Positions 50,129 through 60,589 of a stretch of 64,000 nucleotides of DNA are shown one piece after another. Origin of the DNA: Planctomycetota bacterium (lineage in GTDB: Bacteria; Planctomycetota; UBA8108; SXIK01). Within the stretch, counting starts at the first letter, position 1, and each line of letters starts with the position of its first letter. Below the pieces are notes generated by a model. That model was not told the DNA's origin. It made no database searches and worked only from the letters and a program-made list of their open reading frames with translations. A program made the position numbers and the translations under genes. Location: assembly GCA_965223265.1 (NCBI GenBank), contig OZ244999.1, positions 2,464,001 through 2,528,000 of the forward strand. Reading direction: 5' to 3'.

Positions 50129-50669
50129 CCGCTTGAGAAGCCTTCCTGGGCGAGCTCTTTCGGCCCCGCCGGAGTCACCAAAGGCGCGCCTGTTCGGCAG
50201 ACGCTCCGCATGGAAAGAAACAGATGCCGTCGCACGCGACGCATCCCAAGCACGAAACTATATACGGAAAACTTCTTGGATGGGACAATCAATTCTCGTC
50301 AGCTCGAGCCTGCGATCCCGACCTGTCAGGCCAAGTTTTTCTGCTCTCGCCAGCAGGAAGTTGCAGACAAACCCCATGTTCTGAACTCCTTACTGGATCG
50401 GTTGTCCAAGGTGGGCAACTGAGCACGCGGCGTCCCAAGCCGATCGGCTGACCGTCGGAATTCTCGGCTCACTCTCAGAGATTGCTCATGAACGCCTCTC
50501 GACGCACGGGATACTGGGACGACGTGCACGTGATTCGAAGCGAGTGTGGATGGTGTCGCGGCGTCGGGTACCGCAGCCCGTGGGACGAATTTGTAGATTG
50601 ATGGGGTCGGGCGGGTTCTCGCTCCACGAGCAGTCGGTCACGGTCACTGGCGCGAATGTGGATGCCGAG

Positions 50670-50755
50670 ACGCCCACGCCCACGCCCCACGCAAACGCCC
50701 ACGCCCACGCAAACGCGAACGCCCACGCAAACGCAAACGCAAACGCAAACGCGAA
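50670..50755. repeat. Degenerate hexamer microsatellite (ACGCCC/ACGCAA)n
   Basis: About 14 units in the divergent intergenic region. Confidence 0.85.
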
Positions 50756-50806
50756 TAAGACCGGACGGCACACGGCGTGTGCCTGCTACTTTTTGAGAGG
50801 CTTTCT

Positions 50807-51604
50807 GTGAAACTCGCTACACTTTTTGTTGCTCTCGCTCTGCTCCCGATCGCGGCGCCGCGACAGCAGCAGGCACGACTCGTTGAAACGCAGCCGCTGA
50901 AAGAGGGCGCCGCTTCGCAGGGGGTGGCGCTCGCCAAGGATTTCTACTACGGATCAACGAGTCGGACGATTTGCCGCTTTGACACGGACTGGAAGTTCAT
51001 CGAGCAGAAAACGATCCAGGTTGCAGGCGTGAATCACATCGGTGCGATTCACTATGACGCAGGGTTCCTCTGGGTCGGGCTGCTGCATGGTCCCGTGAAA
51101 GGAAAACACGACCCGAAGCTCGACCGCGCGATCGTCGCTAAGGTCCGCGCGCGCGATCTCGAAGTCGTCGACGCGTGGGATCTGTCCAAGGACGTCACCT
51201 GGATCGATCCGGTCTGTTTTGCCGCGAAACGTCTCTGGGTGGGGGATCTCAGCGACCTGGGCATTCACCGCTACAAGCTCGTCGATGGCGAGCTCGTTCG
51301 CGACGGTATCTTTCGTTACCCGAAAGCCATGCACTTCTCGCAAGGCATTCGCATTGTCGGGGACAAGCTTTACAGCACTCACACGTTCGGTACGATGGAC
51401 GGTCTCTTCGAGTTTCAGCTTCCCGCCAAGCTCGACGGCAGCATCCAACAGCCGCGCCGCGTCTGGCCGATCCAGGAGAGGCGTTCGCACCTCGAGGGCT
51501 TCGCCTTCGTACCCGGCCGACCGAACGAGATTTGGCACGCACAGGGGAGCGAAGTCGACCGCTACGTGCTCGAGGGGCTCAAAGCTGACGACCGTCAGCG
51601 GTGA
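50807..51604 (+). CDS. Exported hypothetical protein, probable beta-propeller
   Basis: Signal peptide; repeated SQG/EG beta-rich blades. Confidence 0.65.
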   Translation: MKLATLFVALALLPIAAPRQQQARLVETQPLKEGAASQGVALAKDFYYGSTSRTICRFDTDWKFIEQKTIQVAGVNHIGAIHYDAGFLWVGLLHGPVKGKHDPKLDRAIVAKVRARDLEVVDAWDLSKDVTWIDPVCFAAKRLWVGDLSDLGIHRYKLVDGELVRDGIFRYPKAMHFSQGIRIVGDKLYSTHTFGTMDGLFEFQLPAKLDGSIQQPRRVWPIQERRSHLEGFAFVPGRPNEIWHAQGSEVDRYVLEGLKADDRQR

Positions 51605-51714
51605 TGCGTCGCAGCTAGTGAGCGCTCGGCGACTGCGATTCAAGGCTCGGCCTCGTCCGCGGCGATGCATTCATATGGTGGCGATCCCTGACGCCGCCGC
51701 GACGACCCGTGGGT

Positions 51715-53283
51715 TCAACGACTCGCGCGAACGGCATGGTCCAGCCGTGGGTGGCCGCCGTCATCTCGACCGTTCCAGCCAAAGCTGTAAAGGATGTAGC
51801 CCGCGCCGACTCTTCGGTAGACGAGATCGCCTCCAGTGCGTTCCTTTGGCACGGCTTTCATGTGGTCCGGGACCAGATCACTCAGACTTTCAGGGTACTC
51901 GCCAGTCTCGACACGGTGGAGCGTCAGCAGAATCGCGGTGCGGACGATTCTTAGCTGTGTCTCCGAATCCAGAGCACATTTGATTAGGTTTTGTGCTGAT
52001 GGGCTCGAGCAAAAGTCCAGATAGTCGTCCAAGCACTGGGCTGGCGGCGACAGAAAAACACGCTTCAGCTCCGACGACGCCTGCCGTAGCCAAGCCCAGG
52101 TCTCGCTCGATCTTTCGAACTCCACGGCTCGGAGCCACTGAGCAGAAAGGTCTGACCCCTCAAGCATCGAGGCTACATCGTCGTAGGCTCGGTTCACTCG
52201 AGCGAGACAGCGGTTTGCATCGATGTCGTCGATCGTCAACTGCGCGAAGACTGAGTCCGCGGGATCTGACGCATCCACATTAAACGCGGAGTGGACGTCT
52301 CCCGTGCGCAGGAAGTTCTGGATCGAGTCGAGGTTTGTGTAGCGATCAACTTCTAGCGCCCAAGCCGAATCGGTTTGTGGAAGAGCGTCGAGGTCAGCAA
52401 GCAGTTGATGGAGCCGGCGCGGCTCTCTCGGCAGAGCGTTTGCCGCAGCGAGCTTGAGCCTGAGTCCGTGGTTCTCGTGCGCGATCCCAAGAATGAACCC
52501 CAACCATGTTCCCTGTGTCCCGACAAATCGTCCCAGGCGCACGACGCCGAGCGCGCGCCGCCATGCGCCGCGGAAGTCGCCGCAGCCGAGTTCGAGAAAG
52601 CCTTGGCGAACTAAAAGCCTCGCGCTGTGGTACAGCGAAAGAGAGTTCATCGACAGGTACACGCTCGTCAAGCCTTCGGCGTGGTTCGGCGGGATGCGCG
52701 GTATGAAGAACGCGGGTCGTTCGCTGGCCATCTGCAGGAGCGGAATAGCGAATTCATTTTCCTGCAGCCAGGCGTAGACGAGAGGAAATTCGTCTGGAGT
52801 CCATGGCCGCTCGGATGCGACGTCGCATTGGAGATCGAACAGCTCCTTGGCTTCCGGGCCGCGCTGTTTGTCCAGACGAGACGAGTAGCGGAATTCACCG
52901 ACCACGTACCGCCCGTCCTCGCGCAGCTCGCCGAGCCCAAGCGCCTCGAGGACGCGGCGGTTTCCGCTGACGAACTCCGGCCCGAACGCAGTGATCATCG
53001 GAATGGCGCCGTTCGTCTCATGCGTCACGCCGCGACCGATCTTCTCGTTGATCGCCGTGACGTAGTCGATTGTGCCGTCCGGATAGCGGGGTTCGAGGAG
53101 GTACGTCGTCTGGCGCGAGTAGATGAGCTCCATCGATCGAGGAGCCGCAGCGATCGTCCAGAGCGCGATCGCGCCAGAGACGGCCAAGGCGCATGCGGTG
53201 CCGTAGAGCAATCTACGGGTGATCCGATGGCGTCCGAGAGGCTGCGTCCGGGTCGTTTGCATTGCGGCGAACTCCTCTGCCAT
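51715..53283 (-). CDS. Membrane-anchored hypothetical protein with pilin/GspG-like C-terminus
   Basis: N-terminal TM, DGTIDY motif, C-terminal YPESL.DL...LYSFG.NG.DDGG. Confidence 0.65.
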   Translation of the reverse strand: MAEEFAAMQTTRTQPLGRHRITRRLLYGTACALAVSGAIALWTIAAAPRSMELIYSRQTTYLLEPRYPDGTIDYVTAINEKIGRGVTHETNGAIPMITAFGPEFVSGNRRVLEALGLGELREDGRYVVGEFRYSSRLDKQRGPEAKELFDLQCDVASERPWTPDEFPLVYAWLQENEFAIPLLQMASERPAFFIPRIPPNHAEGLTSVYLSMNSLSLYHSARLLVRQGFLELGCGDFRGAWRRALGVVRLGRFVGTQGTWLGFILGIAHENHGLRLKLAAANALPREPRRLHQLLADLDALPQTDSAWALEVDRYTNLDSIQNFLRTGDVHSAFNVDASDPADSVFAQLTIDDIDANRCLARVNRAYDDVASMLEGSDLSAQWLRAVEFERSSETWAWLRQASSELKRVFLSPPAQCLDDYLDFCSSPSAQNLIKCALDSETQLRIVRTAILLTLHRVETGEYPESLSDLVPDHMKAVPKERTGGDLVYRRVGAGYILYSFGWNGRDDGGHPRLDHAVRASR

Positions 53284-53585
53284 CGCTTGCAGGCGGCGCT
53301 GCGGGATGACCTTCGCTTGGGAGTCTTTCTACCACGGAAGGGGCGGAAATCAGCGCTGGAAAGGAGCCGTTTCTTCCTCAGCAGTACGATCACTCACGTC
53401 TCCGGTTGAGTCGAGGGACCGTGACGTTGGTGATGGCGCAAAGGTTCGGTCACGCGGTTTTCATCCGCATGCTTGCCCCACCCGCCAAGCCCCGGGGAAG
53501 TACCGCTGGGCCGCTCGCGGCCGCGGCAGTACAATGCGATCGCTGCTATGGTTTTCCGAGATCTCCGCCAAGCGCGAGGTGCGAC

Positions 53586-54884
53586 ATGAGCAAGACTTCT
53601 GGGAAGCAAATCGAACGCCGGACGTTTCTGCACACGAGCTGCGCGCTCGGCGCCGGTCTGACTGCGGGAGCGCTCTCAACCGCCGCCGGTGGGGCGGCCG
53701 GGGCGAACGAGCGTTTTACGGTCGCCGTGATGGGGCTCAGCCGTGGGCTTGGGATCATCCGGACTCTCTTCGATGTGCCGAACGTCGACATCGCCTACGT
53801 TTGCGATGTCGACCTGGAGCGCATCGACCGCGCTGTGCAAACAGTTGACAAGCGCATTGGCAAGCGTCCGGCCGGCGTCCAAGATTTTCGCCGTCTGCTC
53901 GACGATCCGGCGATCGACGCTGTGTTCATCGCCACGTGCAACCACTGGCACGCACCGGCGACCATTCTCGCCTGCAAGGCGGGGAAGCACGTTTATGTCG
54001 AAAAGCCGGGCAGTCAGAACCCGCACGAAGGTGAGCTCATGGTCGCCGCCGCGAAGAAGTACGGGCGCACGGTGCAGATGGGAAACCAGCGCCGCAGCTG
54101 GCCGTCGATCATCGAGGCGATCGCGAGGCTGCACGGCGGGGCGATCGGAGTGCCGCGCTTCGCACGCTGCTCGCACAACGGCGCCCGCAAGTCGATCGGC
54201 CGCGGTCATTCCGTGCCGATTCCAAAGCACCTCGACTACTCGATCTGGCAGGGGCCAGCTCCGGAGCGGCCGTACAAGAGCAACCTCGTCCACTACAACT
54301 GGCACTGGCATTGGCACTGGGGGAACGGCGAGCTCGGCAACAACGGCGTGCACTCTCTCGACATCGCGCGCTGGGGCCTGCGCGTCCACTACCCACTAAG
54401 GGCGTCGTACGTCGGTGGCCGCTACCACTTCGACGACGACCAGGAGACCCCCGACAGCGGCGTCGCCAGCTTTGACTTCGGCGACGTCGGCATCACCTGG
54501 GACGGCAGCAGCTGCCAAGCGCGGCGCGGCGACCGCCCCGCCTTCGTTGAATTCAGCGGCGACGATGGGACGCTTGCGATTCGCGACCCGGGTTACGTCA
54601 TCTACGATAACGACGGCAAGGAGGTCGTGTCGAACGCTGGCAAGCGAGACGACCCGCCGCACATGATCGACTTCTTCGACTGCATCAAGAGCGGCCGGAA
54701 GCCGCACTCACACATCGAGGACGCGCAGCGAAGCACGCTCCTGTGCCACCTCGGCAACATCGCCTACCGAACCGGAGAGACGATCCATTTCGATCCCGCG
54801 GCGCGTCAGATCGTCGGCAGCGACAAAGGGGCTGCGCTTTGGAAGCGCGAATACCGCCCCGGATGGGAGCCGACGCTCACTTGA
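53586..54884 (+). CDS. Tat-exported Gfo/Idh/MocA oxidoreductase
   Basis: ERRTFL signal; NHWH, YVEKP and QMGNQRRS motifs. Confidence 0.92.
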   Translation: MSKTSGKQIERRTFLHTSCALGAGLTAGALSTAAGGAAGANERFTVAVMGLSRGLGIIRTLFDVPNVDIAYVCDVDLERIDRAVQTVDKRIGKRPAGVQDFRRLLDDPAIDAVFIATCNHWHAPATILACKAGKHVYVEKPGSQNPHEGELMVAAAKKYGRTVQMGNQRRSWPSIIEAIARLHGGAIGVPRFARCSHNGARKSIGRGHSVPIPKHLDYSIWQGPAPERPYKSNLVHYNWHWHWHWGNGELGNNGVHSLDIARWGLRVHYPLRASYVGGRYHFDDDQETPDSGVASFDFGDVGITWDGSSCQARRGDRPAFVEFSGDDGTLAIRDPGYVIYDNDGKEVVSNAGKRDDPPHMIDFFDCIKSGRKPHSHIEDAQRSTLLCHLGNIAYRTGETIHFDPAARQIVGSDKGAALWKREYRPGWEPTLT

Positions 54885-54893
54885 TCCGCGCGA

Positions 54894-56183
54894 TCACTCG
54901 TCCTCGTCCCCGCCCTCGCCCTTCGCCTTCGTCGCCTTCAAGGCGACCATGACCGCCTGATCAGGGTGCTCAAACGTGCCGTTGGTGCCGACATAGAGAA
55001 TGCCGTCGTCTCCGAGGGTCATTGCCTCGGCGAACAGACCTCCCTTCGGCACGACTTGCTTGCGCCAGATCGTCGCGCCGTCTTTGAGCGAGAGGCAGTA
55101 CACCCCGCCGTCGTCGCAGAGCGAGATGTAAACGGCGTCTTTGTTGACAATGGGACTGCTCATCTCGCCCTTGATGCCGTAGAAGGCGCGGCGCCACTTC
55201 TCTTTGCCCTTCAGGTTGACGGCGATCAGGCGTGGATCGGCGCCGACCGTGGAGAGGTAGATGGTATCCTTGTCCATGGCGGGGAAACGTGGGGCGTCGC
55301 CGGGAAGGAGCGGATCGAACAGCCACTTCTGCTTTGGGGAGCCTCCCTGATCCGTCAGCGCGAACAGGAATCCGTGACGGCTCTCCTGTATGTAGATCGT
55401 GCCGTCCCTACCGACAATCGGTGAGCACCAACTAAAGTCTGCGTTAGGAAACGCGAACGTCCACTTGAACGTGCCGTTAGACGTGCTCAGGGCATGCACG
55501 TACCCTTCGCCGCGGCTGCGAAAACCGCCGCCAAAGTAGACAGTTTTCTCATCTCGAGAGAGAGCAGGAGATGACGTGACCTGCGATCGCTCGAACGATG
55601 ACGTCCACACGACGTCGCCGTTGTTCGGATCTATCTTGAAGAAATCTCCCTCGACGCTGCCGCCGATGTAGACGGATCCCTTGCGATCGGTCACCGGAGA
55701 AGCCAGCACGCCGTAGGAACTCATGGATGTTGAAGTTTCCCATTGAAGCTCGCCGCTCGTACGACTGAGCGCACCAACGTAGCTGTCTCGAAAACCCGAG
55801 ATGAGTCTACCTTTCCTAACGAGCACGGGAATCGACAGACCATCGCGACGTGCAGCACGCGAGTAGCGCCAGCGTTCCTTCCCCTTCGGAGTGAGCGAAA
55901 GGATATGATCGCCGCCGCCAAATGCACAGTTGACGTAAAGATTCCCTTTTTCGTCTATGATCGCCTGAACGGTCACTCCGCCGCCGGAGAGACCGGGCGC
56001 GGCTTCCCACAGAATCTCGGGTTCCGTCAGCGGCCCTGCACGCTCCGAGAAACCTGTGCGCTGAGGGTTACCCGCGGCCATCGGTTGCGCCGATTCGACA
56101 GCCTGCGCGTAGGAGTCCCTTGCAGCTAAGAACGGGAACGCGACGCCGACAACGAGTAGAGTTAAGGTCGCCCGAGTTTTCAT
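54894..56183 (-). CDS. Exported PQQ-like beta-propeller repeat protein
   Basis: Signal peptide; repeated G..KW and SSP blades. Confidence 0.82.
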   Translation of the reverse strand: MKTRATLTLLVVGVAFPFLAARDSYAQAVESAQPMAAGNPQRTGFSERAGPLTEPEILWEAAPGLSGGGVTVQAIIDEKGNLYVNCAFGGGDHILSLTPKGKERWRYSRAARRDGLSIPVLVRKGRLISGFRDSYVGALSRTSGELQWETSTSMSSYGVLASPVTDRKGSVYIGGSVEGDFFKIDPNNGDVVWTSSFERSQVTSSPALSRDEKTVYFGGGFRSRGEGYVHALSTSNGTFKWTFAFPNADFSWCSPIVGRDGTIYIQESRHGFLFALTDQGGSPKQKWLFDPLLPGDAPRFPAMDKDTIYLSTVGADPRLIAVNLKGKEKWRRAFYGIKGEMSSPIVNKDAVYISLCDDGGVYCLSLKDGATIWRKQVVPKGGLFAEAMTLGDDGILYVGTNGTFEHPDQAVMVALKATKAKGEGGDEDE

Positions 56184-56384
56184 CGCTGCACCCAATACTT
56201 TCTTCGCCGAGCTCCCCGGCTCAGCAGTTACCTTGTCACATCGAGACGAGCTGGACGTGGGGGTTCCGCGGCTTTGCCACAAAGAGAGACTACCGTCTCC
56301 ACCGCGCCCCACCAACCTGTTTGCTCTACTTTCCGTTTCGCCGCTCGCATACCCTTGTCGACGTCTGACTTGCGAGGAGAGTTT

Positions 56385-57977
56385 ATGCTACTGCACGTTT
56401 GCGCCACCTCACGCGTCGCCCTCACCTTCTTCGCCGTGACCACGACGTTCATGAAGCTGCCGACCATCGGGGCGCTCGAGATCGGTCGTTCGCCAGGCGC
56501 TGTGGAGCTGACGACGCTGGCAGGGCATCGCTTCAAAATGGACAACTACGGAGACCGTCGCGGCACGGCGGTCGTGTTCCTTTCTGGTCGCTGCGCGCGC
56601 ACGGCCGAGAGTATCGAGTCGATCAATCGTATCCATACTACCTACCGACTTCGTGAGATCCTGTTCGTCGGCATCGTGTCGAACAGTGTGGAGTCGGGAG
56701 CCGAGATCCGCACTTTCGCGCAAAACACGGGCTGCATCTTCCCGATCTATCGCGATCCCGAGCGCCAGGCACAGCGCCGGTTCGCTGCTGAAGTCACTCC
56801 GGAGGTGTTTCTTCTCGACGGCGCGGGGCGTCTCGTCTATCACGGCGCCGTCGACGCCGTCGAGGGAGGCGGCGGCGTCGAGCCTGCGATCGTCTCGCTC
56901 CTCGCGAAGCAGCCGATCGTGACCTCTCGCCTGCCAGCGACGGGCACGGCGATCGACGTCGTCGGCCAGGAGCTTCCCCGCGGCAACCCTTTCGGCCGAC
57001 CTGCCTTTTCGTCCGAGCTCATCTTCGAGCACATTCCAGGCGCTCCTGTCCATCACTGCTCGACGATCACTGAGGCGCCCAGCGGCGACCTCCTTTGCCT
57101 CTGGTACGGCGGCAGCTACGAATCGGCCGAGGACCAAGTACTCTTTCTGAGTCGACGCACTCGCGGCAGTCGCGTCTGGAGCGAGCCGCAGGTCGTGATT
57201 CAGAATCACGGTCAGCCGCCCGGGAACGCGGTCATCTTCACCGACGGTCTCAAACGCGTGTGGATCGTCTGGGGGCGCATGGAAAGCCGTCGCCCGATCC
57301 GCCGCGGCTCAGGTTGGGGGGAGTGCAGGCTGCTTTATCGCACCTCCGGCGACGATGGTCGCACCTGGAGCGAGGATCGCGTGCTCCCGGGCGAGCTGGG
57401 TTGGCTGCCGCGGAACGTTCCTCTTCGGGTCAAGTCTGGTGATCTCCTCCTGCCGCTTAGTGGCCGAGTTGACGGCGCCTACGGCTCGTTCTTTTTGCGC
57501 ACGTCTGACCATGGAGCAACCTGGAAACGCTCCGGTGTCATTTCGCGAGGCAGTCAGCCCACGCTCGTCGAGCGCGAGGATGGGGCGCTGTTCGTCATGA
57601 TGCGCCACAGCCCCCGCAGTCTTGAGAGCGTCTCGATGGACGGTGGAGCGACATGGGAGCCAGTGGCGCGCTCGGAACTCAAGAATCCCGGTGCCGGCAT
57701 CGCTATGACGAAGCTGCGCAGCGGCATGGTCGTTCTTGTGTTCAACGACACCGAGCAGGAGCCGCGTTCACCCCTAAGCGCTGCGCTGTCGCTGACCGAG
57801 GGGCGAACCTGGGAGAAGCCCGTCCAACTGGAATCAAACCCGGGCGAGTACTCCTATCCGTGCGTCGTTCAGACTGCCGATGATCGAATTCACATCACCT
57901 ACACGTTTCGGCGCTTCGCGATCAAGCACGTCGAAATCAACGAGGATTGGTTGACGCGGTTCGAGCGGCCGGATTGA
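56385..57977 (+). CDS. Redoxin-domain plus BNR/Asp-box sialidase-like fusion
   Basis: Thioredoxin-like domain (TPEVFLLD..G.LVY.G); Asp boxes SGDDGRTW, SDHGATW, SMDGGATW; YSYP motif. Confidence 0.85.
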   Translation: MLLHVCATSRVALTFFAVTTTFMKLPTIGALEIGRSPGAVELTTLAGHRFKMDNYGDRRGTAVVFLSGRCARTAESIESINRIHTTYRLREILFVGIVSNSVESGAEIRTFAQNTGCIFPIYRDPERQAQRRFAAEVTPEVFLLDGAGRLVYHGAVDAVEGGGGVEPAIVSLLAKQPIVTSRLPATGTAIDVVGQELPRGNPFGRPAFSSELIFEHIPGAPVHHCSTITEAPSGDLLCLWYGGSYESAEDQVLFLSRRTRGSRVWSEPQVVIQNHGQPPGNAVIFTDGLKRVWIVWGRMESRRPIRRGSGWGECRLLYRTSGDDGRTWSEDRVLPGELGWLPRNVPLRVKSGDLLLPLSGRVDGAYGSFFLRTSDHGATWKRSGVISRGSQPTLVEREDGALFVMMRHSPRSLESVSMDGGATWEPVARSELKNPGAGIAMTKLRSGMVVLVFNDTEQEPRSPLSAALSLTEGRTWEKPVQLESNPGEYSYPCVVQTADDRIHITYTFRRFAIKHVEINEDWLTRFERPD

Positions 57978-58227
57978 CACCCCGCTTCAGTGCCGCAGCT
58001 CGGCTACGAAGCCGCCGAGGGGGCGTCGGCTGAACCGCGACCCTCGGGCCGCTCAGCGGCGCCCAGGTCGCTCCTGCCGTCCAGCCCTGCGTTCAGCAGG
58101 CGCGGGGCCAGAAGTTTTAGAAAATCCGCGACGCCGTACGTCATCACTTCGGCCGGTCGAGCGTCTGCGCCCGTGATCTACGTCTACGGGGCAGTTCAGA
58201 GCCTCATTCGCCACGGTGGAGGCCCGA

Positions 58228-58722
58228 ATGGATGTCGTCATGAATCTGAGGTCGAAGTTGGAGGCGCTCTACCTCGAAAACCGCCAACAGCTCTACACCT
58301 GCGCCCTCGCGATCGTACGCTGCCCAGAGGGCGCAGAGGACGCCGTGCAGGAGGCGTTTTCACGGCTATTTGTGATGGGCACCGCTCCGGGCAGCATCAG
58401 AGCGTACGTATTCCGTGCCGTACGCAATGCCGCGCTCGATCAGCGCCGGCGCAAGGGGCGAATCGTCGCCGAACTGAGCCACTACATCTTCGACCCTCGC
58501 GACGGACCCCACGAAACGGCGCTGGCGAATGAGTTCAAACAACGCGTGGTGGGGGCGCTCCTCGACCTCGACGACGAAGATCGTGAGATCGTCATCCACC
58601 GTCTTTACGTTGATTTGACGTTTCGCGAGATCTCCGAAGTCATGGATCTTCCGCTGTCGAGCGTTGCCTACCGCTACAGGCAAGCCCTCCAACGAATGCG
58701 AAGTTCACTCAAGGAGTCATGA
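58228..58722 (+). CDS. ECF RNA polymerase sigma factor
   Basis: AEDAVQEAF (region 2), RNAALD, and TFREISEVM (region 4). Confidence 0.9.
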   Translation: MDVVMNLRSKLEALYLENRQQLYTCALAIVRCPEGAEDAVQEAFSRLFVMGTAPGSIRAYVFRAVRNAALDQRRRKGRIVAELSHYIFDPRDGPHETALANEFKQRVVGALLDLDDEDREIVIHRLYVDLTFREISEVMDLPLSSVAYRYRQALQRMRSSLKES

Positions 58723-60512
58723 TGGATGACTTTGAAATTCAACTGAAGAGTCTACCGTTGCTCCAGGTGCCGGACTCGCTGGATGTCCGCGTACTGGCAG
58801 ACGTACTGGACGACACGAGCGAGAGCCCGAGACCTTCGGCACGCGGCACGCGAGGCGCGTGGATTTGGAAGTGTGTCGCGGCCGCTTTGGTGGTTGGCGC
58901 GATAGGCGTCGCGATCACCCTTGCGCTGCGATCGCGTCCGCATGACGTGGCCGTCCATCGACCGGCGCGGTCGCTCGTCTTCCCGCAGGAAACTTCGATC
59001 GGCAAGATCCAGACAAGGATTGCGAGCGGGCGCACGTTTTTAGAGGTGGAAGCCCCGTGGACGGAGTTAGGTGTGGCTCAGGGCGAGTTGGCGGTGCCGG
59101 CCGGGACTGAGGTTCGCCTTGACGTCAGTCCGCGAGTGAAAGACCTCTCACCTCTCGCTCGCCTCGCACCTGATGCGCTCGATAGCCTCATGCTTTGGGG
59201 AAACGGACCTAGCGAGAGCGGGTTGAAGCCGCTCGCGCATCTCAGCGGCCTCCGTCAGCTCAACGTCAGCTATCGACGCTTCTCTGGATCGCTTGAGCCA
59301 CTCGCGGGACTGCGCGCGCTTGAGCATCTCAGTCTCTCGACGGGCGGGGAGCTCGAGGACGATGATCTGCGCTTTGTCAACGGGCTGCGCAAGCTGCAGA
59401 CTCTATGGATCCCGCGCAGTCGGATCAGCGACGACGGTCTACGGCACTTCCGGGGTTCGCAGAGCTTGAATTCTCTCTTGCTGGGGGACGCGAGGGTCAC
59501 GGGGTCCGGGCTATCCCACCTCGCCGGTCTGCCTTTGACTCGCCTAGGGCTTGTCGGGAGTCCCCTGATGGGTGATGGCTTGCGTCACCTTGGGAACCTA
59601 CCCCGACTCAAGTCGCTGTTGCTCGGAGACAGCGAACGACGCGCCGTAAGTGACCTCGGCGACGGATGGATCGTCCACGTCGCACAATTGCCGGAGATTG
59701 AAGAGCTCAACATTTTCCGAGTGGCGTTGAGCGAGAGGTCGGTCGAGCAGCTCACTCGGCTGAAGTCGCTACGTCGTTTGTGGCTTGTTGGTTGCCCGAT
59801 CGCCGATACGGAGTTGGAGCGCATCGCCGCGCTTTCGTGGTTGGAAAGTCTCAATCTAGGTGAGACCCGTGTGACGAACCGTGGCCTGGCCGCCCTCCAA
59901 TCGATGAACTCACTCGAGACCCTCAATCTGACGGGCACGGCAGTTACCGACGAAGGATTGAGCTCGCTCCAGAAATTGCCGAATTTGGCGTACCTCCGAG
60001 TGAGGAGAACGAAGGTTACGGCGGCCGGGTTAGCCCAACTGCAGCAGCTGCACGCTTATCAAGTCGTGCACCAGCGTTTGGGGAACAGGGCTGAAATCGG
60101 CGCGGCGGCGCCCCTCTTTACGGTCACAACACTTCAGGGGGATCGGCTCGATCTGGCGAGCTATCGAGGCAAGCTTGTTCTCCTCGTGTTTTCGAGTTCG
60201 TGGGACTCGGGCGTCGACCCAGGTGCGCTTAAGGAACTCCACGAGACTTTTCGTCGACAGTCTCGATTCGTCATGATTGGGCTAGGCATGGACCACGAAC
60301 GAGAGAGCACAACGCGTCGAACAGAGAACCACGGGCTGACCTGGCCTTGGGCTTTCATCTCGTGGCGGGACTGGCCCGACGGCGTTGCCGGTGCCTACGG
60401 CGTCGATGCGACGCCAGCATTCATTCTCGTCGATGAAGACGGTCAGCTGATTTGGCGCGGGGTCGGCGATATCTCCGCTGCGCGTGAAGCGATCGCGGCG
60501 GCGCTCGAGTAA
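58719..60512 (+). CDS. Putative anti-sigma factor: TM, leucine-rich repeats and TlpA-like redoxin domain
   Basis: ATGA coupling to the sigma gene; LxxLxL..T.VTD.GL repeats; IGAAAPLF...YRGKLVLL...YGVDATP. Confidence 0.8.
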   Translation: MMDDFEIQLKSLPLLQVPDSLDVRVLADVLDDTSESPRPSARGTRGAWIWKCVAAALVVGAIGVAITLALRSRPHDVAVHRPARSLVFPQETSIGKIQTRIASGRTFLEVEAPWTELGVAQGELAVPAGTEVRLDVSPRVKDLSPLARLAPDALDSLMLWGNGPSESGLKPLAHLSGLRQLNVSYRRFSGSLEPLAGLRALEHLSLSTGGELEDDDLRFVNGLRKLQTLWIPRSRISDDGLRHFRGSQSLNSLLLGDARVTGSGLSHLAGLPLTRLGLVGSPLMGDGLRHLGNLPRLKSLLLGDSERRAVSDLGDGWIVHVAQLPEIEELNIFRVALSERSVEQLTRLKSLRRLWLVGCPIADTELERIAALSWLESLNLGETRVTNRGLAALQSMNSLETLNLTGTAVTDEGLSSLQKLPNLAYLRVRRTKVTAAGLAQLQQLHAYQVVHQRLGNRAEIGAAAPLFTVTTLQGDRLDLASYRGKLVLLVFSSSWDSGVDPGALKELHETFRRQSRFVMIGLGMDHERESTTRRTENHGLTWPWAFISWRDWPDGVAGAYGVDATPAFILVDEDGQLIWRGVGDISAAREAIAAALE

Positions 60513-60589
60513 CGGGCGCGACTGGAGCTCGAGGTCGCACAGCTGTAGCGGCCGGAGTCTTCTTCGGTGCGCTCTGTAAAGGTGTCAGC

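Noticed and set aside
50475-50810. VCVCV / AFAFA / NANANA peptides
   Set aside because: Translations of the hexamer microsatellite.
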